Notes: generated by a model from the sequence alone, not told the origin. Positions 39,372 to 51,905 are shown, counted from the first letter of the whole stretch. The stretch: DNA of 61,865 bases, filler included, from Basidiobolus ranarum (GCA_040143965.1; 11 parts of 11 records of this genome joined end to end with filler, not necessarily neighbours in it), one strand, 5' to 3'. Numbers and translations are program-made.

Positions 39372-40289
39372 NNNNNNNNNNNNNNNNNNNNNNNNNNNNN
39401 NNNNNNNNNNNNNNNTTAATTAATTAANNNNNNNNNNNNNNNNNNNNNNNNNNNNNNNNNNNNNNNNNNNNCTAAAGAGATATAGCATTGTAGCAGGAAA
39501 GTATAGAGGAAAATCATTTTGTGGGCCTCAATCAAAGTTAGGCAAAGTAGTCAAAATCTTGATTAATTCTCAATACATTCATGCTCAAAGATATCCACTG
39601 AGAGCTCTAGACTTAAGACACTATGAATAAAGCTTTCATCATCTTTTGAATGTGCAATATTGTCTAAAAGTACTTTTCTTAAATATACCACATAAGTAAA
39701 ATAAACTGTTTCCAAAATGGTAAATAACATTGTGTCAGGTAGTGCCCAATCATGCCAATTTGTGTGGGCACACTCTTTAGCTGGCCTGATCTGGCTCAAT
39801 AAAATGGAACAAGTCTATTATATATATATCAGTATTTTCCCTAGAGCAGTGTTATCAGCATCATCAGTTACAGTTATCTAGTTATTAATCAGTATTAGTC
39901 TGCAATCACATTAGGTTGCATTAGTTAGTCATAGTAGGTCACATGATGGTCTTGCAATCATATACAATGAAAAGTGATATTATCATGTCCTATCCTTCTA
40001 TTTGTTAGCATGATTATATTAACAGTGCCACCCCAAGATGTATCAGCTAATTGCTGTGCTTCCCTAGGATGTCTGGCCCATGACTGTGCCATCCCAATTT
40101 GATATAACTAGACCCATATATAGTAATGAGATTAGTAATCAACATATTAGTCATCACTCATCTGATCTATCTGTTAAGTATAAATACAAAACTATCTCTA
40201 TCAATAAACCTCAGTACAGTTTTACTAAATACAATACTAGCTTACATAACCCTATATAATTCTAAGCTACTTAATAATTATAACAACAG

Positions 40290-42115
40290 AGGCACCATTA
40301 AGATTATCAACTTTCAAAATCCCAACTTTGCAAATTGCTGAACAGCTGTCTGTAGACAATTGGCATAGAAGCATCACAACAAGGTCATCTCAGGCAAAAC
40401 ACCACAATGATTAGTATGAGATTGCAAGTAAACGCAATACAGTGGCTATACAGGCCATACAGGCAAGAATGTAGCAATATCAAATTAAAGAAGTACTCTA
40501 AAGCAACAGGTCATTAGCTAGTGAGTGATTCAACAATGATACAAGACCTTCAGAATAGTATAATCAAGCTGCATCAACTTGCTGCTCTCTCATTCTTGTA
40601 CTGGATTACCAGCAATCCCACATCATATATATGAATTTCATTGTTACAATATAGAAGAGCAAAATATGTGCCATACCTTTAAGCCTACCAACTTCCAAAA
40701 ATTACTTGGGCACACAAAAGTACAAATCTCTTAGGAAAACCAGCCAACTAAAAGACAATGAATTTCAGAGCTGCTGTCTATTCAATCCTGCACCATATAT
40801 ATATACATCACCTTGACAATTTAGCATACAAAATATGTTTAATCATTAATCCAGCAATATGATCCAAAGCTGCTTTGGCACAAGAATGTAGAAATCTTAA
40901 AGGAAAACAAACAAACCAAGAGACTTTGAATGTCAGAGCCACTGTCACTTGCTATGATAATCACTGGTTTAACATTCTGCCAACTGAGTGGAATCTTGCC
41001 TAAAAGCACCTTGATGTGAGCTATTTGTGGCAAAACCAAAGGCCAGGCATTATTCAGAGGGTTCTTGACATATTTCATATGGCTCAATCTGGGTTTTTGC
41101 AAATAAATGGCGATTAGGCTAGCATTGGGCTATTTGTAAAACATCTCAAAAATGTAATCACTTTGTGACTTGAAAAAGAAAGAAAAGCAGATAAAGCAGT
41201 AGGCAAGGAGCAGGAAGTAAGTAAAACTATCAAGAAAGCAAAGAAGCCAGTGAGATATGGCTCTACTGCTGGATTTACCAATATCTTCCCATCATTTAAA
41301 AGCCCTGTATATTATGTGTGGGATATACCAGCAGATATAGTGTCAAAATGGCTCAATTTATCTATGCAACCAAGTACACCTGTTGTAGCTACACTTTCAA
41401 AAAGGCTTGACTTTGGTAAAATGTTTAGGTGATTTGGAAGTGTTTTGAACAAGATTGAAATTGCTCCATGAAACACTTGAGATTTATTGAATAGAATATG
41501 TCCTCTATGTGGTTTATTCTGAAATAAGATGTTTGGACAAGCTTTGATCATAAAAGACATGCCTGTAAAGCATGGGTGAATATATGATATGATTTGGAAA
41601 TGTTCAGAGAAAATAGTTGAAATTGAACAAATAAATACATCAAACAATTTGAGCTAAAAGCATGTTTTTTGAATGTCTGAATTGAGTACTAAATAATCCA
41701 AATTTGATTAAACTAACTAATAAAGAATGAGCAGTTATTAATATATTTTCAACAGACTCTAACATGCATCTAAGAACTCCTGTTGGAAAAGTTCAAAAGT
41801 TGGATATTCATCCAACACCTGGCATCTCTCAACAAGCTAAAGTACTAGGAAATAAACATCACTGCCTTCCAGCCTTGAATGGCTCTTCAACTACAACTGG
41901 TGCTTTACAAAGTGTTGTAATTAGCCTCAAATTTAACAGCAAGCAAAGTGCTATCCAAAAGCTGCAAAGTACACCAAGTAGTGTCACAGTACAAGGACAT
42001 AAAAAGTAGAAAAAGTGCTTGAAGAGTATTTTATAAAGTATCATGGGAAAGGCACAGTTCAAGTATGGAGCAAGTGGCTTGAGAAGAACAGTATTCAACT
42101 TGACAACAAGTCTGG
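40290..42115 (+). mobile_element. Unclassified repeat family X, copy 3 (more decayed, rearranged)
   Basis: TIKIINFQN and TPVGKVQKLDIHPTPGISQQAK match 11950-13180. The GGAAAAC.A.C.AAC.AA...TGAAT.TCAGAGC segment is internally duplicated (~40735 and ~40900). Confidence 0.75.
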
Positions 42116-42119
42116 TATT

Positions 42120-43560
42120 AGACTTTGATAGTGTTTATTCTAAACATGCAATCAAGATACAAACTACTGTACCTTATACTCCACAGCAAAATGTAGTATC
42201 AGATTGGGCTAATAGGACTATAGTGGAGTGGGCAAGAACAATGTTATATCACCAATAGTTAGATTACCAATATTGGGCTGAATCTGTCTCCACAGCAGTC
42301 ATATCAAACCCAAATGTCAAGCAAGATTGCTACAAAATTCTACTACATTTGAGGCCCTATATGCTTCAAACCAAGTGTGGATCATCTCAGGATCTTTGGT
42401 TTCACAGCATATTGCCTAATTGCAGCTCAAAAATGCTATACTACTCTAGATCAGGCACTAAAGAGTCCAGCATCAAAATTATGGGAAAAAGCAATGTTTG
42501 ATGAGTTTTCTTCATATCAGCACTATACAACAAGGCCTTTAAGTCCTCTACCATAAGGAAGAAAGCCAATAGGTTGGAAATGAGTCTACAAAGTCAAAAG
42601 CCAAGATGATGAAACCATAGAAAGATACAAAGAAAGATTAGTTGTAAAGGTTTTTCCCTAGCCAGGAGTTCCCTTAGCAATGCATGGTGGCTAGTTTAAT
42701 GTATAAATTGGCTGAAACACATCCAGACACTGCTGTGGCTGTGGGAACTGTCAACCAATATCTCAAGAATCCATGATGTGAGCTCAAAACTTCAGTAAAC
42801 CAAATATTCAGGTATTTGCGAGGAACTGTAGATCTACTTCTGAAATATTCTGGCACTCCAGATGCACAAACTTTTGAACAGTGATGCAGACTGGGAAAGA
42901 AACCATGAGGGTACAGGATCAGTAACTGGGTATACTTTTCCCCATGCTAATGGAGCCATAACATGGAGTAGTTAGAAGCAACCAACTAACCATAGCACTC
43001 TTCACTACATAAGCAGATTATATGGCTGCCTTTGCTACTACACAAGAAGCTATGTTGTGAAGGAAGTTATTTGCCCATGTAAGATAAATGCAAAAATGTG
43101 CTATTACTGTTTTCAAAGATAATCAAAGTTGTATCTGATAAGCTACAAACCCTACATTTCATGTTAAAACAAAACACATAGATATTAAGCATCATTTTGT
43201 TTGAGAAGCAATAGAGAATGATGAACTTGAACTTTTCTATTGCCCTACCAAAGAAATGATTGCTAACATCTTAACCAAACCTTTAGCTAACACTCAATTT
43301 GCTTTATCAAGATATCAGCCAAGATTAAAACAAAAACACAATATTTGGTAGAGTGGAAATGTTGAAATTAGGTAAATAATAACCCATTATTTATTGGGTA
43401 GCTTTTACATAAGCTGACAATTTAGGAGTCAATTCTGCCATGTGAAGTTGTGTGTTTGTTGCTCTACTTGATAGAAACACCAATTAGTTCACTTTTATCA
43501 ATTATCACTTTTTTCCAAAACTTCTCCAAATCATCTCAAATATTCACTTATCCTTTACAG
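42120..43560 (+). mobile_element. Decayed Ty1/copia 3' part (integrase end, RT, RNase H, PPT, 3' LTR ~43360-43560)
   Basis: TVPYTPQQN, RKPIG, DADW, KTKHIDIKHHFV and ANILTKPL motifs, then purine-rich GAGTGGAAA followed by TGTTG. A related LTR start lies at ~44638. Confidence 0.85.
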
Positions 43561-45100
43561 GCATTTTTGTTACAATATAAGCACATCCAATAGTCCAATA
43601 AAATACTGAACCATAAATAGAATCCATTCAGTTGAGTAAGACTGAAGTTTCTAATTCACAAATCCAAAATCTTGTACAAAATACTTCCAAATCCCCCAAA
43701 CACTTTCATCAGAAAGATGGCAATTATCCATAAACTTGATCCTAACAAAAATAAAATCTATTTGATCTTGATTTTATCCACCTTGCCAGGACACAAAACC
43801 AGGGTGGCTTCTTCACAGCATTACAATGATAATCATATATTGTGAAATTATGTTCCTTATATTTGGCATGCATTATATAATTTCCAACCATCATTAGAAG
43901 AATCAATTTTCAAATGGCAAATCATTAGGTTTAGTGCTATAGAAATTTGAATAAATATGTATGCACTTGTTTGGATATTTCAGCCTTTCTATATCAGCCA
44001 CAGTGAGAATCCCAATATGCAAGAATCTTGTTGTATTCAGTCTCAAGATAAGTACATACTTGACTGAACAGGCATAACTCAACTACATCAATATGCTCTG
44101 CCAGCAAACTAATGGTGGAAACATTGCTAAACATCAGAAGATTATCATAGCATTGGTACTCGGCAAATAGCATACCATTGAGAGCAAGAATGAGCTTATG
44201 GAGCTTGGCTAAATTCCATCTAGTATTTGGCCTAAATATCCCCAACTTGCAGTTAATAGATGTCCTGCCACAAGTGGATATGTTAGTGCTCAAATAGAGT
44301 ATCTCATGGTGAAAACATTAAACTGCATATTTTGATCTTTCTGCCCAAGAAGTCTGTCTTGCAGCTTTCCTAGAGACATCATCATGTTTTACCCAAACAG
44401 AATAGTCAAAATTATTGAGGTGCCTGTGCTGTAGTCATTGATTGCATTTTGTTGCTATTGCCATGCTCATACAATGAAAAAACCCATGAGCACATTGGGA
44501 AGAGCCTTGTGTTGGAAGAATAACATGGTTTAGAGTCATCTGAACTCATTGCATTGTATCCATCACTGAATTTGTTGAAACATTGTTGATTAGAATAGCA
44601 TATGGTGATACTGACAATTTCACAAAGAGCATCATTTTGTTGAATTAGGTAAATAGCAACTCATTATTTAGTAGTTAGTGCATTCATATTCTGATTATAT
44701 AGCACTCTATTAGACTTGTTCCATTGAACCAGGTCAGATTGTGCTGCTTGATCCAGCCTGCTATTACACCATCTGGTGCAATCTGTCAATTACCATGGCT
44801 GGGTCCTATAACACTTGATCGGACACTATAAGGAACAATATGGCACTATCCCACCACAATCGGACACGATGATTTTTTTGGAGATATTGTGCCAGTGCGT
44901 ACCAAGTTACCCAATTTAATATTGCCAAATTACGATTTTGGGTAACTGACAAAGTAAGTTCATCCCCTAGTTTGTAACTTACAAATTACTGAATGTGTAA
45001 NNNNNNNNNNNNNNNNNNNNNNNNNNNNNNNNNNNNNNNNNNNNTTAATTAATTAANNNNNNNNNNNNNNNNNNNNNNNNNNNNNNNNNNNNNNNNNNNN

Positions 45101-45432
45101 CTTTGACAGAGATATTGATACAAATTTGTATTGGATATGAGCTAAACCTTGGGTATCAAGAACTCTATAAAAATATTCAGGAGAGTATATCAAAGAAACT
45201 AGGGATTTTGAAGATGACAAATTAGCAATCAAGTGGTAAATGTGTAAAATTTGAGTTGCATTTTTTGCACAGGTGTTAATCCATAGTTCTCTGAGTTTGT
45301 AGCCAATCATGTGCAACTATTTTGCAAGATTTTAAAATTTCACTCCTGAAATTAAAAAATTGATTAAAATCAAATCTAACTTGACAATTTTATGATGTTA
45401 AGTAAATGGTTAATCCAAAATGGATTAAAATT
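45101..45432 (+). mobile_element. Unclassified repeat family X, copy 4 (ORF end and terminal region)
   Basis: Near-identical to 13296-13630. Confidence 0.8.
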
Positions 45433-46241
45433 TGTAGTATATTTAGTGAGGAAAGGTATACATAGAATGGTTGAGAGCTTTTTGGCAAATTCACAAATCA
45501 ACAAATATATTTTTGAAACTGTTTACTGGCTAGCTAAGAGTCATACTCTAATGTGCCTATCAGTTTATGATCTCTTAGTTATTTGATCCATAATTTAAAG
45601 AACTATAATAGCAGTAACATCAAACTATAACAGGATTCATGGGCTAGCAGGATTGATGATAGAGTAAATCTGATACAAAACACACATGGAAAGTCTATGC
45701 AACAGATATAAAATGAATTCCATTACATCAACACTATCAACTCACAGAAGTACAAATGGTGTGCTTTAAAGATGGAACTTTATAACCGATACAGTCTCTG
45801 AGATATTTTTATATATCTACCTTTTATCTTCGTAATAAGTATTCCATGATGCTGAGACAACTGCAATGCATAATCTATAGTCCATTAAGTATATATTTAA
45901 GTGTGACTTAGGGCCTTTAGGTAAGTATTTCCCTTGATTAAACACTACGTATTTCAAATTTACGGACTATATACTGCCATTTTACACAGTATATTTGTTG
46001 ATCAAACACGGCCGGATTAACTCGTCCCAAGGCCGGATAACAACTGTCTCTTTTCGTAAGTCTTAGCAAAGATAATAGATTTGATCTAGTTCTTCGAATA
46101 AGAACATTGAGAATAGGAATTTATCCGAAATATAGTTGCTAAATTTAGAATCTTAAAATAACATCATGGTATGATAGCTGACATATAGTTTTATCAAAAT
46201 TCGTAGTTTGACAAAATCAACAAATCCATTATATTTCATCA

Positions 46242-46313
46242 GCCTGCTTAGCGCAGTGGTAGCGCGTCAGTCTCGTAAACTGAAGGTCGCCAGTTCAATC
46301 CCGGCAGTAGGCA
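46242..46313 (+). tRNA. tRNA-Thr (anticodon CGT), intronless
   Basis: Acceptor GCCTGCT/AGTAGGC, D stem GCGC/GCGC, anticodon stem TCAGT/ACTGA with loop CTCGTAA, T arm GCCAG-TTCAATC-CCGGC (one A.C mismatch) and discriminator A. Pol III T-run at 46317-46322. Confidence 0.92.
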
Positions 46314-46643
46314 ACCTTTTTTAACAAACACTATAAATATGAGACTATTTTGTAAGTATACAACTATAAATTAGCCTATAGATGGTGGACATACATAGAA
46401 TCTGAAGATTAAAATGGCAATTGATCATTAGAGTATTCCTAGATTCAGAGATTTTAATGATCCGTTAGTTACCTTAATAGAATCCATTAATTCTGAACCT
46501 TATTAGCCGTGTATCCCCTTCCCCCAATATCCGATAGATTTACTTGCCTACTTTCATCTGCATATCCACCAAATACTTCTAAAGTACTGTACTGTCCAAC
46601 ATAAACCGTTACTTTTTATTTACGTGGTAGAAGTAGTGAACCC

Positions 46644-49600
46644 ATGAGTTACGTGGACTCTTTTCTGGTAATATTTGTTTGTCACAACTAAGATAAACTG
46701 CCACTTTTTATTACCTCCTAATTTACGCAAGTTGAACTCTAGAGTAAAAAAAATTAACCCTTCTTTCTTAGAATGATAGACCTAAGGATGCTTATGAGAT
46801 ACTCTCCTCTCGTCTAAAGGAGGGAAAATTGGTTTTTGAAGAAGTTTCTGAGTGGTTTCGTGAACGGTGAGTTATTAGAAAATTTGGTTTAAAGTTGAAG
46901 TTTCTCCTTGTTCTAGTTTTTCAAAAAAAAAAACAATAATAACTGACAAAAACGTTGATTGAACATATTTCTTCAATTTATTTTAGTGCTCAAATAGAAG
47001 AGATTTACGCCAAATCTTTAGCCAAGTTAAACAGCAAAAGGTTAACCTGTGAAAAGTATATGTGGTAAGTTAAAGTTGATATTTCTTTTTAACGTATGAG
47101 TCATGAGTAATTAACGAGCTTTCATCACTCTAAGCTCATTTTCCAAGGTTTGGTTAACTGTATTAGAAGAAACTAAAGAGGTGGCAGACGCCCACTTAGA
47201 GTTGAGTAAAGTTATTGGGGAGAAAATTTCCAAACCTATGAAAGAGTATGTCGTCATGGATGAACAATGGAGTAGTATTAAGACAGTAGGTGATCCCGTA
47301 TAGTACCACTGAATGCACTAGATTAATCTTACTTTACAACAGCATGAAATTCCAGTCATTAAAATTGTCAAGGAATACGACGAAAGATTATTGAGAGTTA
47401 CTAGGGTATGTCTATACTGTAATGTTTGTTCCTTATTGCAAAGAACTCACCAGTAGATCTTTTCAATTCCAATAGGCCAGAAAGATCGCTGAAAAAGAAA
47501 AAACCGTTGGAAAGAAAGCGGCAACTTCAAGTAATTCTAGTTCATGAAATAACTATGTTACACAATTCAAATTTAATGCTCTCATTAGTTATTAAGTCAC
47601 TCACCAAGTCGAAAGAACCAAAATTAGACGATTGTCAAAAAGCTTTGGACGAAACTGTACACAGATGGTCGACAGAAGCCCCCGCTTTAATCGAGGTATG
47701 TTGAATTTGAATCATCATGCAAGTAGTTTCCTATTTTAATGATTGAGCTTTAGAAATACAATCAAATTGACCGAAGTAGGCTTGAGAGTTTGAAACAGTA
47801 TATGACCACATATGAAGCTAGTCTCGCTGTGCTATGTCAAAATCAACTCAAGGTAAAGCTTTCCGTCATTCCAATTAGTTACCTTCATTCAACTTATACC
47901 TTGCTTATTAGACATACGAGAAAAACTCCAAAGTAGTGGAAGATTTTGATGTAAGCCTAGAGATGGAGGAGTTTTGCTCAACTAAGAAGAGAGGAATAGA
48001 ACCAATTGGTAATGTTCCAGAATGATCTCTGTATTATGGATTTTTACTAATGTAGTTTATAGCTTCAGCCAGTGATCTTTCGCTTGGTAATGATGTGCAA
48101 CTATATAGAGAATCAACGATTGTTTATTAACTTAGCATTCATTCGAAAGGATACTATAATACAAATACAAGTAAGAGTAGTATGAACGATGTCCAAAGCA
48201 TCAAGACAGTGTATGTCCCGAGTACTCGAATCCATTCAATTGAAACCCAAAGATAACAATATTTGTAAACAGACATACAGACGTTTCAACTAACAATGGA
48301 GAGGGGTCCAACGGAATATCACGCACAGTCAGTTGTCTTAAACCTTTCTTCTTGATAACGTGGTCAATTATTTACATTTAAATGAAGCCCACCATAGTGA
48401 TTGATGAGGAAGGATTTTCGGTACCTCCACCTGATAATTCAATCTGGAATCAACCCCCTAGTTCAGCCATAGAAGAAGTGGAGAACCTAGACGACGAAGA
48501 AGATTTGAACCAAATGTAAGTGGTAGTCAGAAAACAAATACAGAATATAGGCGAGTATTGAGTCAATTATTAAAGACCAGAAACCCCTCGTATGAAGATC
48601 GACATTAAAGACGATGCAATAACCGAAGCCCCTGAAGAAGCCGATAAAGCTTTGACTCGCGTTAGCACCACGTTACGATTGGTAATAACTTTGAACTTTA
48701 ACTAGCTTTGAAATTATATGTTAATATAATTGTTCAATATCCAAGCAGAAAAATACGACCAAGCAAACCGCTAGAGGTAGACGCGAGTAAGTATGATTGC
48801 TGAATTCTCTGCAAAGCTGAAAGAATATTAATGAATGGCAAATGGTTTAGAACTAAACGTGGCGTATCTACTATTGAATGGGACTCAAGTCCAACCGAAT
48901 CTTTCCCTTCGTCACCAAGCTCTATGTACTTCGATAGTGGTAAAAATGATTTCAACTTCAGTAATCCATCAAGCCTCCGTGGATTCAACTCATCACTCTC
49001 GCCCAGAGGAGATAACTTGAATGCAAGATTCTCAGTAATTAACAATCCCGCATTTTTTATCGCCGAGCAACCACTTCAAGTTCGAGTTACAGAGACTTTA
49101 AACGTGCTTTTACTACCCTCTGGTGATATATCCAAAGTATTTATTACTGGTGACATAGCAGTGCGTGGAAACTACAACGATGACTCTCCATTGAAATTGG
49201 TTGTCAATGGTTACGAGGATTTAGAGAAAAAGGTTTTAAATTACAAACATATAAAGGCCGATGCTGAAGAAGGTGTGTATTCCCTGGACAACCTCTCTCA
49301 ATTAAATAACCAAGAAGGGGCTTTGGTACTCAAGTATCAAGCTAAAATTGATTCCGATCGCATAAATCAATATGTTCCTTTACTATTGAAATCAGCTTGG
49401 AAATGTGAAGAAAACTTAACTTCGCTCGTGGTACAATATGGACCCAATCCTGACTTCTTAGCCCAAAAAGAAACGTGGGCAATCAAAAACTTATCATTTG
49501 TCCTGCCGGTAATAAACACTACCAATGTTCAATCAAAGCCAACCGGTGTTTGGAGTAACGAAAAGCAAAGGTTACTCTGGCGAGTTGACGATCTTAACTC

Positions 49601-49805
49601 AGGTGATGAAGGACAAAAATTGCTGGCTCGATTTGAAACAACCACCAAAGGCATACCCACCTCCATCGCAGCCAAATTCGCATTTTATGGAGATTCTGTG
49701 TCTGGTACAAAAGTCCATCTCAAATCTCAACGAGAGAATATATTCGTGCAAACTGAGTATCGAGTAAACACCGGGAAGTACATTTTAACTCCTCCTACCT
49801 CGTAA
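46644..49805 (+). CDS. SYP1: Muniscin Syp1/FCHo: F-BAR N-terminus, disordered linker, C-terminal mu-homology domain; many short exons
   Basis: MSYVDSFL|..WFRER|AQIEEIYAKSLAKL (F-BAR), the IDEEGFSVPP linker motif, and muHD VTETLNV..ITGDI..LKYQ..AWKCE..SKPTGVW..LLWRV..LLARFET..TGKY. Confidence 0.88.
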
Positions 49806-50196
49806 ATCTTCAGCCCATATTAGGCAATCTATAGAATTCTACTATGCTTGTTTTAGTAGCTTGTAAAAGTCATTCAAACTTATGCTATTTTGGCAATTTG
49901 AAACTTTCTATTGATACCAGATAGCCATTGGTTGCTTTTCTTATCGAAAATCTGTTTAGTTCGCAATAATAATCTAATCCAAACCAAACATGTCATCCAA
50001 TCAGCTTACTTGCAATAAAAAGACAACATAGTACTAACAATCTCTTTGTGAATTTAATGTAGTGAATTCTCAGTTTCAAAATATGTTAATGCAAAGTTGT
50101 TATTTTATGCTGTCGAAATCATAGTGGGAAATTGAATATTACATGATTATATTAGGTTTTGTAAGCTACATACTGTTAGATAGAGTGGTTAATGCA

Positions 50197-50624
50197 TCAG
50201 CAGAACCAACCTTCACAAAAACGATCAAGACCAGGATGGTTAACATTTTTTACTACTGCTGTGCTCGCTTTGTTATAAAGAGTTAAGTCATTCAGGTATT
50301 CTCCACTTCTCTGTATTGCAGAGATGACGTTGTCACGTAGAGTGATACTCCTCTTCTTTGTGTGTCCGCAAAACCACCCACCACACAGGTCATGTAGGTC
50401 TCTTTTGTCGTTGGGTGGATAGAGTAGCTCTAGCGGCTCCTTCTCTTCATCTTTGATATGTATTTCGTTTTCAGAGTTGGTAATTGGTAAGTTTATTCCA
50501 CTCTCCTGAGATGTTTCCATACGCTTTGTATGGCCACAGAACCATCCTCCACATAGGTCATGTAAGTCTCGTTTATCTACTGTTGATGCCGTGTAGCCTT
50601 GTCCCATAGGTAGACTTTGAGCAG
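50197..50624 (-). CDS. Kex2-processed repeat peptide precursor (KEP; pheromone- or RiPP-like), 5' end off contig
   Basis: The frame is open to the contig edge (..AQSLPMGQG). Two KR-DLHDLCGGWFCGHT-K(K)R units (cores 50527-50568 and 50359-50400), an acidic spacer and a terminal variant LDRFCEGWFC*. Confidence 0.85.
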
Positions 50625-50724
50625 NNNNNNNNNNNNNNNNNNNNNNNNNNNNNNNNNNNNNNNNNNNNTTAATTAATTAANNNNNNNNNNNNNNNNNNNN
50701 NNNNNNNNNNNNNNNNNNNNNNNN

Positions 50725-51153
50725 AAGGAAAATGGACGTATGGGCGTCAAACCCGAAACCCTTGCAAAGTTCAAAGAAATTTTCACCTCTAGAATGGTAA
50801 GTGATGACAACACCATTGATGCTATCAAACGGTACTACTACCCTAGTGATAAAGCGGCATCACCATATATGTTGGATCCACATACTGACGTAGGAATTCA
50901 TGCATCTGAGTCGGTAAAAGCACAATTCAGTGACTACTATACTATATCTCTTTCTACCGCACATCCAGCCAAATTTTCGGCAGCTGTCGAAAAAGCGCTG
51001 TTGGGTACAAGTGACTTTACTTTTGAGTCAGTGTTACCTAAAGAATTTATAGGCTTGCTTGATAAGGAGAGAAGATGCTTACATATTAAGGAAAACACTG
51101 CTGAGGCAGTCAAACGGGCGCTTGTTGATCAATTAAAGAAAGACCTGCAATAG
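50725..51153 (+). CDS. THR4: Threonine synthase, C-terminal part
   Basis: YMLDPHT.VG, ISLSTAHPAKFSAAV and LPKEFIGL are typical of the fungal Thr4 C-terminus. Confidence 0.88.
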   Translation, partial: KENGRMGVKPETLAKFKEIFTSRMVSDDNTIDAIKRYYYPSDKAASPYMLDPHTDVGIHASESVKAQFSDYYTISLSTAHPAKFSAAVEKALLGTSDFTFESVLPKEFIGLLDKERRCLHIKENTAEAVKRALVDQLKKDLQ

Positions 51154-51905
51154 AAGCATAACCTTTCATCAAGTCATATTGACCACGATCGCTTGTACGA
51201 CGTCCTCATTTCACTATTTATCCTATACATAATAAATCTAACATTCTATCATGATTATTTGGTCATTTTGAGGGCGATAAATGCTGTAGATTATACCACA
51301 TTTTTCTTATCTGAATTCATGAAAGTCTGTGCCTAGGCGATTGCTGTTTTAGAGGATACATGTGGAACTACATACTAAGACATCCATTAACCATTTGTCT
51401 GTGGCAAACCACCGTCTTTGCTAGCAATAACAGCCAAAGTCTTGAAGTATAATGAATGTGTAGATCGCATACTTGAATCGTTGGTCTCTGTAGAGGCTGA
51501 TAAGATGTCTGAGTGATTTTTTTAGAATGATCTTGCAGAATAGTACTCGTTAATTTCCTTCAATCATGTAGAGATAATCACTTTGCTGTCAAGATGTTTT
51601 TGAAACCGAAAATTCCAATGGTACATGGAGTTCATTTCATGTTTTATTTGTAGTTCGCGAGGCTCTATATTTGCAGAGTTTTTGAATCTCCAATGAATTA
51701 CAAACTCATATTTACGCAATATAAAAAAACCTTTGACAAAAAGAAATTGAAACCAACCATATATACATGTTGATTCGAATCTCGTAGGATTTTTTTTAAT
51801 CATGAATCTAGCATCCCATTAAGATTGGAATGATTTACATTCTTCGATTATTTTACCTGTGAAGCTATTGAAGGTAAATAATACTTCTCTTGACTTCAAA
51901 CCAGA

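Noticed and set aside
46010-46040. GGCCGGAT direct repeat upstream of the tRNA
   Set aside because: Two 8-bp copies only, with no supporting structure.
50870-50900. Thr4 motif DPHTDVG instead of the usual DPH(S/T)AVG
   Set aside because: A single-base difference near a contig end. It cannot be distinguished from error or a tolerated substitution.
50197-51153. Apparent cluster of the peptide precursor with threonine synthase (and NRPS with ABC transporter elsewhere)
   Set aside because: The genes are separated by spacers and lie on different size-sorted contigs, so adjacency is meaningless. The only true neighbour of the precursor is the convergent SYP1.
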